Assembly (NCBI GenBank): GCA_903890485.1
Contig: CAITBM010000006.1
Coordinates: 11,901 to 75,900, forward strand
Reading direction: 5' to 3'
DNA length: 64,000 bases
Source of the DNA: an uncultured Opitutaceae bacterium
GTDB lineage: Bacteria; Verrucomicrobiota; Verrucomicrobiia; Opitutales; Opitutaceae
Of this stretch, positions 18,811-27,943 are shown one piece after another. The translations under genes and the position numbers were made by a program. The notes under the pieces are model-generated. The model saw only the letters and a list, made by a program, of their open reading frames with translations, was not told the DNA's origin and did no database searches. Within the stretch, counting starts at the first letter, position 1, and every line of letters begins with the position of its first letter.

Positions 18811-20034
18811 ATGCGCTCAACCCCCATCAAAGTGTGTTTAGCTATCCTGGCAGCGGTCGCCCCAGTGGCACGGAGTGCGTCGGGTGGATCCTTTGCAGAC
18901 GACTTGGCCTTCCTCAAGTCCCACGGCGACCCTCTTGTACTAAGTGACCCGTCCGGGGCCGCACAGTTAGCGGTCGAGCCTTCGCTTCAGGGACGGGTGA
19001 TGACGAGCACCTCGGCAGGGGGCTCTGGCCAGAGCTATGGCTGGATCAACCGCGAACTCATCGCCTCAGGGAAAGTGCTTCCCCACATGAACGCGTATGG
19101 CGGCGAGGATCGGTTTTGGATGGGGCCGGAAGGGGGCCAATTCTCCATATTCTTCGAAAAGGGAAAGTCCTTCGACTTCGCAAACTGGTTCACCCCGGCA
19201 ATCTTCGACACCCTTCCGTTCGAGGTGATCAGCCGATCCCACGATGCAGCCGTCTTTGGGGCGAAGTTCAGCCTCACGAACTACTCGGGGACGGCTTTTC
19301 GGGTCGAAGTGAGGCGCCGTGTCCAGGTATTGGACGCCGATCGGTCGTGGAAGAACCTGGGGATGGCGCCCGTCGCAAACGTGAGCCTCATCGGGTATGA
19401 GACCAGCAACGAGGTCAAGAATGTCGGGAAAGATACCTGGACTAGAAGCACCGGCCTACTGTCGATCTGGATCTTGGGCCAATACAACCCCTCCCCAAAA
19501 ACCACGATCGTGGTGCCGATAGAACCCGGACCCGAATCGGTGTTGGGCGTCAAGGTGACGTCGAACTATTTCGGCGAGATTCCCGCGACCCGACTATCCG
19601 TCAACGACCGTGCAGTCTTCCTCGCGGCCGACGGCAAGTACCGCAGCAAGATAGGTATCAACCCGAGGCGCTGCAAAGCGATGCTCGGAAGCTATGACGG
19701 GATCAACAAGGTCCTGACCTTGGTTAAGTTTAATCAGCCCGCCAACACGACGGATTACGTGAACTCCCTGTGGAAGCTTCAAGACAACCCGTTCGGCGGG
19801 GATGCGGCGAATGCCTACAACGATGGCCCTGCCACGCCTGGAGCCAAGCCGATGGGGCCCTTTTACGAACTCGAGTCCTCTTCGCCCGCCGCCTCGCTCG
19901 CACCGGGAGAAAGCCTGACTCACCTGCGTAGGACATTTCACCTAAGCGGGCCAAGAGTTGCCCTGGACGCGGTCTCGCGGGAGGCCCTCGGCGTATCGTT
20001 GGACGAAATAGAGGGTGCATTCGGGACCCGATAA
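18811..20034 (+). CDS. secreted hypothetical protein (no family I can name with confidence)
   Basis: The signal peptide is MRSTPIKVCLAILAAVAPVARSA. The composition looks mostly beta. It lies 6 nt upstream of the GH43-like gene. Confidence 0.6.
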   Translation: MRSTPIKVCLAILAAVAPVARSASGGSFADDLAFLKSHGDPLVLSDPSGAAQLAVEPSLQGRVMTSTSAGGSGQSYGWINRELIASGKVLPHMNAYGGEDRFWMGPEGGQFSIFFEKGKSFDFANWFTPAIFDTLPFEVISRSHDAAVFGAKFSLTNYSGTAFRVEVRRRVQVLDADRSWKNLGMAPVANVSLIGYETSNEVKNVGKDTWTRSTGLLSIWILGQYNPSPKTTIVVPIEPGPESVLGVKVTSNYFGEIPATRLSVNDRAVFLAADGKYRSKIGINPRRCKAMLGSYDGINKVLTLVKFNQPANTTDYVNSLWKLQDNPFGGDAANAYNDGPATPGAKPMGPFYELESSSPAASLAPGESLTHLRRTFHLSGPRVALDAVSREALGVSLDEIEGAFGTR

Positions 20035-20040
20035 GCGCCC

Positions 20041-21102
20041 ATGACAGCAATCCCCCTTCGGCTTGGGGCCGACTGTGGACCGTTCCAAACCCTCACACGT
20101 TTCAGGTCCAGGAAGGGGCATGCCACCTTAGGGGTTTTCGCCGCCATACTCTTGGGTTTCTGCACGCCGGTACAGGGAGCCGAGAAGGACCTCGTGACGG
20201 CCGGTGAGTTCACAAGGATATACGACCCGAGCGTCGGGGAAGACCAGACGTGGTACATCAATGACCATACCTTCGTCTGCGGACCGGATGGCGTCTGGCA
20301 CCTTTTTGGGATCACCCACCCGGACCCGGCAAATCCCGCCGAGGAGCGGGTTTTCGCCCACGCAACTGCCGATGCTTTGTTGCGGGTGCCATGGGTCAAG
20401 AGACCCTTCGCGCTCACCTACGCCCCAGCGCCCCCTTGGAACGAGACCCATTTGTGGGCGCCCTACGTGATCCGCAACAAGGGAACCTACTACATGTTTT
20501 ACTGCGCGGGCGATTCGGACCACGCGAGATACAAGATCCATCTGGCAACCTCCACCGACCTTGTGACCTGGCGCCGCCATCCGGGCAACCCGGTGGTGGT
20601 GGACGGATATGACGCTCGCGACCCGTTCGTGATGCGCCTGGGGCAGAAATGGTTGCTCTACTACACGGCGAACAGCAAACCGACGGGCGGCAATCACGTG
20701 GTCGCCTGCGTGACGAGCACCGATCTGGTCACGTGGGGCGACAGGCGGGTCGTTTACACCGATCCTGAGATCGGCACGTTCGGCGGCCCGACGGAATCCC
20801 CATTTGTCGTCCAGCGGGGGAAAAGCTTCTATCTATTCATGGGGCCCCGGCCCAGCTACGACGGCACCGATGTGTTTGTTAGCCATGACCCTTTCTCATG
20901 GAAGATCCAGGACAAGGTGGGCCATATCCAGGCCCACGCTGCTGAGGTTGTCCGGGACAAGGATGGGAAATGGTACGTAAGCCGCGCAGGCTGGGGTGAG
21001 CGTGGCGTCTTCCTTGCCCCACTCTACTGGCATGACGGCGAGGACGACGGCACAACGAACATGCTCATCCCAGACGGCGGCATCCCGATGCCCTCCCGAT
21101 GA
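20041..21102 (+). CDS. five-bladed beta-propeller glycoside hydrolase-like protein (GH43/32 clan)
   Basis: Motifs are WHLFGITH, WAPYVIRNKGTYYMFY, ATSTDLVTW, RDPFVM..KWLLYYTA and ESPFVVQRGKSFYLF. Confidence 0.65.
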   Translation: MTAIPLRLGADCGPFQTLTRFRSRKGHATLGVFAAILLGFCTPVQGAEKDLVTAGEFTRIYDPSVGEDQTWYINDHTFVCGPDGVWHLFGITHPDPANPAEERVFAHATADALLRVPWVKRPFALTYAPAPPWNETHLWAPYVIRNKGTYYMFYCAGDSDHARYKIHLATSTDLVTWRRHPGNPVVVDGYDARDPFVMRLGQKWLLYYTANSKPTGGNHVVACVTSTDLVTWGDRRVVYTDPEIGTFGGPTESPFVVQRGKSFYLFMGPRPSYDGTDVFVSHDPFSWKIQDKVGHIQAHAAEVVRDKDGKWYVSRAGWGERGVFLAPLYWHDGEDDGTTNMLIPDGGIPMPSR

Positions 21103-21136
21103 ACACCCCGATCGCTCGACCGGTGTCCTTGGTCCC

Positions 21137-22453
21137 CTAGGGCCATCCGACGTTAAGTGCCAACAGCCCGTGGAAGTGATAGTTATCTCGGTAGCTGGGC
21201 TTCTCGGATAAGTAGATGCCGGGCAATTGCTCGAAGAGAATCGGCAGCGCCACCTGCAGCTCGAGCCGGGCGAGCGGGGCCCCTAGGCAGAAATGTATCC
21301 CGCCCCCGAAGGTCGAGTGGGCGCTGGCCGCGCCCGAAACCGCCCGGCTCGGGTTGAAGATGTGCGCATCCCGGTAACGGCTTGGGTCGCGGTTTGCCGC
21401 ACCATACATGAGCGCGACCAAATCCCCCCGCCGCAGCTCAACACCCGTAATCTCAAGGTCCTCCTGAACGTGCCTGTCGAAAAGGTGAAGAGGCGGATCG
21501 AAGCGGAGGCACTCCTCGATTGTCGCCTCGGTGGCCGCCTCGCTCGAGAATGCCGCGCGAAGATCCGTCTTCTGCTCAAGCAGAGTTTTCACGCTGTTTC
21601 CGATCACGTTGACCGTTGCCTCGTGGCCCGCGTTGAGGAGCAGGATGCAGGTCCCGATGAGCTCGTCCTCCGACAGACGGTCGCCCGTCGCCTCGATCGC
21701 CAGGAGGTGGCTGATCAGGTCGTCGGCGGGTTTCCTGCGGCGATCCGCGACATAGGAACGCAGGAACTGGGAGAACGCGACCGTGGCATCCTCCGCGGAG
21801 AGCTCCATCTCACGGGTCCGGTCAAGCTGGAACATGGCCACCATCCGGTGGGACCAGTCCAGGAGCTGGGGGCACATTGAGGTCGGCACCCCCAGAAGCT
21901 CCGCGATGACGACCACCGGAATCGGGGTGGCGTAGGCGACCATGAGGTCCGCCTTCTTGGCCGGCCTCATGCGGTCGACCAGCTCATGGGCCAGCGCGGC
22001 GATACGTGGCCTGAGTCGTTCGATGTTCCTCGTGACAAACGCCCGGCTCACGAGAGTCCGCAGCCTGGTATGGACGGGCGGCTCACGCTCGAGCATCGAG
22101 TTGGCATTCACCTGGTGGAACACCCTGACATGTTCGGGAACCGAATGGGGGGCAGCGCCACCTGGCGCCTCCTCCAGCGGCATCAGCTCCCGGCCGAATC
22201 GCCGGTCGCGGAGGATCGCGCTGACGTCGGCCGCATTCAGGAAACACCAGCGCTTCTGCTCGTCCCAGTAAAACACAGGGGCGACCTCACGAATCCGCTC
22301 GTAGGTCGCATAAGGGTCTCCGTAGAACCCGGGATGGGAAGAATCGATGGATGCGGAGCGCCTTTGAGGATCCAATCTGAGCCATGGGAATTCGCTGCTG
22401 GGCATTGCGATGGCGCAAAGTCGATCAATGCCCTCCGAGGATACAACCCTCAA
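21137..22453 (-). CDS. cytochrome P450
   Basis: EXXR is present (ECLRFDPP), as is the heme-thiolate loop FGGGIHFCLGAPLA. The first ATG overlaps the stop of the upstream membrane-protein gene. An alternative start is MPSSEF at 22405. Confidence 0.9.
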   Translation of the reverse strand: MRVVSSEGIDRLCAIAMPSSEFPWLRLDPQRRSASIDSSHPGFYGDPYATYERIREVAPVFYWDEQKRWCFLNAADVSAILRDRRFGRELMPLEEAPGGAAPHSVPEHVRVFHQVNANSMLEREPPVHTRLRTLVSRAFVTRNIERLRPRIAALAHELVDRMRPAKKADLMVAYATPIPVVVIAELLGVPTSMCPQLLDWSHRMVAMFQLDRTREMELSAEDATVAFSQFLRSYVADRRRKPADDLISHLLAIEATGDRLSEDELIGTCILLLNAGHEATVNVIGNSVKTLLEQKTDLRAAFSSEAATEATIEECLRFDPPLHLFDRHVQEDLEITGVELRRGDLVALMYGAANRDPSRYRDAHIFNPSRAVSGAASAHSTFGGGIHFCLGAPLARLELQVALPILFEQLPGIYLSEKPSYRDNYHFHGLLALNVGWP

Positions 22454-22896
22454 GTCACCACGCCTCGCGCCCGCATCCTCCTCGCGTAGGCTGCGAGCAG
22501 CACGCCGACAACAAGGATGACGGAGCTCAACACCAATGCCGCCGGACCCCCCATCACCCTAAGCCCATCAGAGATGACAAAGCTGTAGAGGTCGGTAAGC
22601 ACCATGCAGGCCACCGAAAGCACGAAAGCGTAGATCGATTGCCGCTTCCGGAACAACAGAAGAAGCGACCCGAGAACTCCCGCTGACACAGCCGTTCCCC
22701 AGGACCCAACAGCCCAAACGGGAAAGTTGCGGAAGTAGTCCAGCTGGGCGGGCGTGAACCCCTTCAGGTAAGCGGCGTTCCTTGTCTGGGTCATGTAGAA
22801 ATCCAGCGCCCCGATTGAATTCCAAACCAGGGACACGAATCCCGTCACCCACAGGTGCCAAGGTGGCTTCGGGCGCATGCCTGCTCCATTTGCCAT
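22450..22896 (-). CDS. small 4-TM membrane protein, function unknown
   Basis: 148 aa with four hydrophobic helices. It is translationally coupled to the P450 gene by a 4-nt overlap. Confidence 0.6.
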   Translation of the reverse strand: MANGAGMRPKPPWHLWVTGFVSLVWNSIGALDFYMTQTRNAAYLKGFTPAQLDYFRNFPVWAVGSWGTAVSAGVLGSLLLLFRKRQSIYAFVLSVACMVLTDLYSFVISDGLRVMGGPAALVLSSVILVVGVLLAAYARRMRARGVVT

Positions 22897-23029
22897 GCCT
22901 CGATCGGAGAAAACCCCTGGGGCCGAGTCAATCCAGATAGAACCGGGCCAGGCGCCCAGTCAGGCTTTGGGCAACCCGGCTCCCCGGCAGGGACCGGCGC
23001 GTGTTCCGTGAGCCGACGAGCTCACCCGC

Positions 23030-23887
23030 TCATCTGAACGACGCGAGGTTATCCTCGAGGAACCGGGCAAAGGTGATGGGTTTCCTCTTTAATACCTGCT
23101 CAACGTCGGGTTTCACGGCCGCCAAATGGCCCGCCTTGCCGAGGATGTTGAGCTCGCCGAGCATTTCCACCATCCACGGCGGCACACCCGCAGCCGCCAG
23201 GCCACGGATCGCCGCGGACTCGGGGATACTGACGTGGGTGATCTTTCTTCCAAGGGCGCTGGAGAACAACGCGGCAATATCGTCTCCGGAAAGCGACTCT
23301 CCCCCTGTCAGGTTGTAGCTCTTTCCGTCGTGGCCCGATTCCGTTAGCACGCGCACGGCCACCGCCGAAACATCACGGGTGTCGATCACGCTCACTTTTG
23401 CCGAGGCGAGCGGCGAGAAAAAGGTGTCCTTACCCCTGATGGTTTCGGGATACCCGTACCCGAGATAGTTCTGCATGAAATTGGTGGGGCGGAGGATCGT
23501 GAAAGGGATACCACTTTCCTGAACGACCTTCTCCACCTCATAATGCCAGCGGCTGAGACGGGTCGCAGCATTGGGCTTTGCCCCAAGCGCGGAAGACCGA
23601 ACGATCCTCCGAACGCCGGCCGCCTTTGCGGCCAGGACCGCCTTCGTGCCGGCTTCGACGAGGTTCTCGATGAGTGGGGTCAGCGAGAAGAAGGCGTCCG
23701 CCCCTTTCAGCGCCGCCGCCATCGATGCCGAGTCATTGGGATCAAAGGTGACCTGGCAAATCCCGAGCTTGTCACAGCGCGGGCTCGGCCTGGGCGCCCG
23801 GGAGCCAACCAAGACCTCGGCGCCCAGCTTCGCCAACTCCTCGGCCACGGGATTCCCGATGTTTCCGGAATTAACGACGATTTTCAT
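23030..23887 (-). CDS. NmrA-family NAD(P)-binding protein
   Basis: The N-terminal Rossmann region is KIVVNSGNIGNPVAEELAKLGAEVLV. Length and layout are NmrA-like. Confidence 0.75.
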   Translation of the reverse strand: MKIVVNSGNIGNPVAEELAKLGAEVLVGSRAPRPSPRCDKLGICQVTFDPNDSASMAAALKGADAFFSLTPLIENLVEAGTKAVLAAKAAGVRRIVRSSALGAKPNAATRLSRWHYEVEKVVQESGIPFTILRPTNFMQNYLGYGYPETIRGKDTFFSPLASAKVSVIDTRDVSAVAVRVLTESGHDGKSYNLTGGESLSGDDIAALFSSALGRKITHVSIPESAAIRGLAAAGVPPWMVEMLGELNILGKAGHLAAVKPDVEQVLKRKPITFARFLEDNLASFR

Positions 23888-24003
23888 TTTTGGCCATTTG
23901 TTCAGGATCGCCCGTGAAGCTGTCGCGCACGGGAGCGCCGCGATGACATGGCAGGAAAAGATCCTTCAGGACGCGGCGCGAGACTTAGTGCAGCATCTCT
24001 GGC

Positions 24004-24732
24004 CTAAGGATTACCAATCTTCTCAAAGACGAAGAATGCCCAATTGTTGCCCCTCCGGTAATGGAACGTCAAAAGCTGCGGCCCAGCCTCCGGAAATGTG
24101 ATCGTCGCCATCTGTCCGTAATCCCAATAGTGCCACCCCTTTGTGGCGCGAGGAAGCGTGCATGCGGCGGCCGGTTTTCCATTCAGGCTGAAGCTTATCT
24201 CAGCCAGGGGTTTACCGCTGGCATCCCGGTTGACCTCCTTTTCGTTGTAGGAATAGAGGCATTTGACCGAATAGGTGCCCGGCTCCGCCACGTTCACGGT
24301 GTAATTGGTCCATTCGCCATCGGAGGTCCACCCGATATAGAACTGGTTTATCGGCGGACTGACCGCGTTCGGGTGGTTAAGGTCCGCCCAGTCCTTCACA
24401 AAAGAAATATCGACCCCTTCGTGTTCACGGAAGTGCCAGACATACTCGCTGGCGTGAATGCGCTGGTGGTTATACGGGGTCACCTGGCGGTTAAGAACCC
24501 CGCTTCCCTCGTTCTCCGGAGTCGTGTCATGGTAAGCCACCCCCTCCCCTCCCAGATCATAGAGGGCACATTGGACAATCCCGGGGATATTCGCAGGACC
24601 CGTCTGGTGCATCGTGTCGGTGAAAGGCTTCCCGGCATATCCCTGCGGGATCGCGCACTGGACTCGCGGAGCGGCGCATGCAAAGGCTGCAACAGCCGCG
24701 AGGAGTATCATTCGGGGTTTCATGGGGTTCAT
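24004..24732 (-). CDS. secreted carbohydrate-binding-module protein (CBM6/35-like), no catalytic domain seen
   Basis: A signal peptide starts at MNPMKPRM. The sequence reads YDLGGEGVAYHDTTPEN...GEWTNYTVNVAEPGTYSVKCLYS...LTFHY. Confidence 0.55.
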   Translation of the reverse strand: MNPMKPRMILLAAVAAFACAAPRVQCAIPQGYAGKPFTDTMHQTGPANIPGIVQCALYDLGGEGVAYHDTTPENEGSGVLNRQVTPYNHQRIHASEYVWHFREHEGVDISFVKDWADLNHPNAVSPPINQFYIGWTSDGEWTNYTVNVAEPGTYSVKCLYSYNEKEVNRDASGKPLAEISFSLNGKPAAACTLPRATKGWHYWDYGQMATITFPEAGPQLLTFHYRRGNNWAFFVFEKIGNP

Positions 24733-24742
24733 GTGGGAAATT

Positions 24743-26479
24743 TCACTGGAACGGTTGGCGTTGCGCAGCTGTGACCCGGTACATCCTAGCCCCGTGCCAC
24801 TCGATCTCCGGGGCAAAGTTGCCAGAGAACTCGCCGAGATCCCGGTGATTCCAGAGGTCCCTGATGGCGACCTGTTTGCCCAGACCGAGAGCGTCGATCT
24901 GCACCGTTACCGCCCGGGAATGCTCCCGGAGATTCTCCGCCGTGAATCCATAGGCGGAGAAGGCCATGCCCTCGCCTTTCCCGTCCTCGGCGGCCGTGGC
25001 GTCCAGGAGCCCCGATCCCCGTAACGTCACTGCACCGGCCGGCACCGCAATCCCGTTGATCCGCTCCCCGTGGCTGCCATAGTCCCGATCCGCGGGCGTT
25101 TCACGCCCATCCGCCATCACCCACCGGACGTCGCGCAGGACCGATGGCCACCAGAATCGTTGTGACGGGCCGTCGTCGGCGACCAAGACCACGGTGTGCA
25201 GCCCCTTGACCGGAAACTCAAACGAGATCCTCTGCCCGGGGGTGGCCGACGTCACGACGGGCCCCTTCCAGATGCGGTTTGCGTCGTTGAGGACCCAGGG
25301 GTCGCGCGTGTTGAAGAGCGCGACATATTTCCCGCGCCCATCCCCGGCATCGGCGATCCATCCGATCTCCCCGTCAGGCCTGCGGAAGAGCTGCCGGTTG
25401 TTTGAACTCGCCTGGTTGACCGCGATGACCTCGTCGTTGGTCAAGAGGGCAAGCGTGGAAGAGTCCAGCTTGGTCAGATCGGCGCCCAGCATGAGGGGCG
25501 ACCGCGCGATGCTCCAGAGCGTCATGAGCGTTTCCTGCTCGCTCGGGCTAAACCAAGTCTTCCTTCCAAGCTCGATTGTTCCGATCGGGATCATGTCGGC
25601 ATCGGGCCAAGCCCCCGGCTGCGTCCATGTGCTCCACTTGTCCAGGCGCCCGAACTGGGCCTCCAGGAGCGACCAATGGTCCCAGAAATCGTCCGAGATG
25701 CGCCACATGTTGGCGTGGGCGACTGCATGTGCCGCTGCAGCAATATCGGTCTCCCCGGGCGAAGTGCTGAGTATCATCGCCCGTCCCGTTCGGTCGATCG
25801 CCCGGCGCACGGCCTCAATTTCCGGCTCATTGCGGACATAGGGACGCGACAGGTCGTCCACCTTGACGAAATCGACGCCCCAGGAGGCGATCAGGGAGAA
25901 GACCGAGTCGTAGTAGGCCTGGGCTCCCGGCTTCGACATGTCGACCCCGTACATGTCCGCGTTCCAGGCGCACACATTGACGGTGTCCGCAATGTCGGCG
26001 GCGTGGTACGGTGTTCCGAGAATCGGGAGGTTTAGCTCCACGGCCTGGCGGGGAATGCCGCGCATCAGGTGAATGCCGAACTTGAGGCCCTTCTTGTGGA
26101 TGTAATCGGAGAGGGAGGAAAAGCCGAGGCCGCCGGCGGCACCCGGGAATTTGTTGGGAGCGGGCACCAGGCGACCGTATCCGTCGAGAGTCAGTTTGGC
26201 CTTGGCATGGTAATCGAATCCGGTCGCCCCGGGTTCGTACCATTGGACGTCGACCACGACATACCGCCATCCGTGGGCGGACAACTCAGAGGCCATGACG
26301 TCCGCCTGCGCACGGGTCATCGCATCCGTCGCCGTCGTGGCAAAACAGTCCCAGCTGTTCCACCCCATGGGCGGGGTCTCAGCCCACGAGTGAAAGTCGC
26401 CGGCCGCCCCCGCGGCAGCAGCGGCGAACCCGAGGAGTGAAAGGACGAACACGCGGAACCTGCAAAAGGGGGTAGTCAT
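24743..26479 (-). CDS. GH27-like alpha-galactosidase with C-terminal beta-sandwich domains
   Basis: A signal peptide starts at MTTPFCRF. Motifs are PPMGWNSWDCF, YVVVDVQWYE and GVDFVKVDDLS. Confidence 0.8.
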   Translation of the reverse strand: MTTPFCRFRVFVLSLLGFAAAAAGAAGDFHSWAETPPMGWNSWDCFATTATDAMTRAQADVMASELSAHGWRYVVVDVQWYEPGATGFDYHAKAKLTLDGYGRLVPAPNKFPGAAGGLGFSSLSDYIHKKGLKFGIHLMRGIPRQAVELNLPILGTPYHAADIADTVNVCAWNADMYGVDMSKPGAQAYYDSVFSLIASWGVDFVKVDDLSRPYVRNEPEIEAVRRAIDRTGRAMILSTSPGETDIAAAAHAVAHANMWRISDDFWDHWSLLEAQFGRLDKWSTWTQPGAWPDADMIPIGTIELGRKTWFSPSEQETLMTLWSIARSPLMLGADLTKLDSSTLALLTNDEVIAVNQASSNNRQLFRRPDGEIGWIADAGDGRGKYVALFNTRDPWVLNDANRIWKGPVVTSATPGQRISFEFPVKGLHTVVLVADDGPSQRFWWPSVLRDVRWVMADGRETPADRDYGSHGERINGIAVPAGAVTLRGSGLLDATAAEDGKGEGMAFSAYGFTAENLREHSRAVTVQIDALGLGKQVAIRDLWNHRDLGEFSGNFAPEIEWHGARMYRVTAAQRQPFQ

Positions 26480-26663
26480 GGGGCCACCGCCAACCAACGG
26501 CATTCCGCGTGGGCCGTCACGTTGAAAACAGCCCGCCAGCCCCCCGGTTGGCCCCTGCCGCGCGCCAAGTAGGCTTGCCGTTGGATCGTCACGTCTGCTT
26601 GCGTAGCCCTCCGATGAGTAGTCCCCACGCACCCAAGGTCATCCCGGGGAGCCCGAACGGCTG

Positions 26664-27887
26664 ATGCAACGCGTACTTGGCCCGGCCCGCACCCTTCTCG
26701 CACACCGGGACCTCACGGTGGTCCTGGTGTGCAACGTCATCCTCGGGATGGCGCTTTCCTTTGTCGCACCGTTTTACTCGATGTTCGGGACGATCGAGGT
26801 AGGGATGTCCAATTGGACATTCGGCGTGTTCATGACGATCACATCGATCGCGGGGATCATCCTGAGCACTGCCCTCGCCCGTTGGTCCGACACTCGGTAC
26901 AGCCGGCGATCGATCCTTCTCCTCGGGTGCTCGTTCGGCGCCGCAGGCTACGGGGCCTTCGCCTATGTCAGGGACGTCGTTTTGCTCACCGCAATCGGTT
27001 CAATCGGACTGGGAGTCGCCTCGATAACGTTCTCCCAGCTCTTCGCCTATGCCCGGGAGGCGATCGACCGGCACGGGGTTCCGGCCGATGAAGCGCCGTT
27101 GTACATGAACATCTACCGCCTTGCGGTCTCACTGGCCTGGACCGTGGGGCCCGGCGTGGCGGCCTGGGTCATGATCAAGTATTCATTTAAGGGCACCTTC
27201 CTGATCTGCGCCTCTTTTTTTGTCATCCTCTTTGCGATCGTCTGGATCTATATCCCGTCACGACCGCCTGCGGACCCCGCCACAACCACCCGCATCCCGC
27301 TTTCCAGGCTCCTGCGACGGTCCGACCTGCTCTGCTACTTCTCGTCCTTCGTGCTGGTCTTTGTCTGCATGACGATGGGCATGATGAACCTCCCGCTAAT
27401 GATCCTGCACACACTCAAGGGCACGCAGCAGCAGGTGGGGATCGCCTACAGCGTCGCCCCCTTCTTTGAGCTGCCGTTCATGCTGCTCTTCGGGCTCCTG
27501 GCCTCCAGGGGCCACCCCGGCGGCCTCATCCGCCTGGGGGTCATCATCGGGGTCGCCTATTACGCGCTTCTGTCGCAGGTCCTCGAGCCCTGGCATATCT
27601 ACCTCCTCCAAATCCTGAGCGCGGCCATGGTGGCAGTCATCTCGGGCATCGCGATCACCTTCTTTCAGGGCTACATACCGAACCAGCCCGGCACCGCCAC
27701 AAACCTGTACACTAATGCCAACCGGATAGGATCCACCGTGGGATACCTTTGCTTCGGGACCCTCTCCACGACGCTGGGATTTCGCGCCGTTTTCGCGATC
27801 TGCGCCTGCGTTTGCGCGGCCGCCTTCCTGCTTCTCTGGCTCTCCAGAGAAAGGCATGAGCACGGCACCGAGGTGAAAATTGTCTGA
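26664..27887 (+). CDS. MFS transporter
   Basis: About 12 TM helices. The loop WSDTRYSRRSILLLG resembles the MFS motif A region. Confidence 0.8.
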   Translation: MQRVLGPARTLLAHRDLTVVLVCNVILGMALSFVAPFYSMFGTIEVGMSNWTFGVFMTITSIAGIILSTALARWSDTRYSRRSILLLGCSFGAAGYGAFAYVRDVVLLTAIGSIGLGVASITFSQLFAYAREAIDRHGVPADEAPLYMNIYRLAVSLAWTVGPGVAAWVMIKYSFKGTFLICASFFVILFAIVWIYIPSRPPADPATTTRIPLSRLLRRSDLLCYFSSFVLVFVCMTMGMMNLPLMILHTLKGTQQQVGIAYSVAPFFELPFMLLFGLLASRGHPGGLIRLGVIIGVAYYALLSQVLEPWHIYLLQILSAAMVAVISGIAITFFQGYIPNQPGTATNLYTNANRIGSTVGYLCFGTLSTTLGFRAVFAICACVCAAAFLLLWLSRERHEHGTEVKIV

Positions 27888-27943
27888 TTTGGAGGCGATC
27901 GCCGGGCCCGCGGGAACAGAAACACCGTCGAGCCAGGTTGCCT

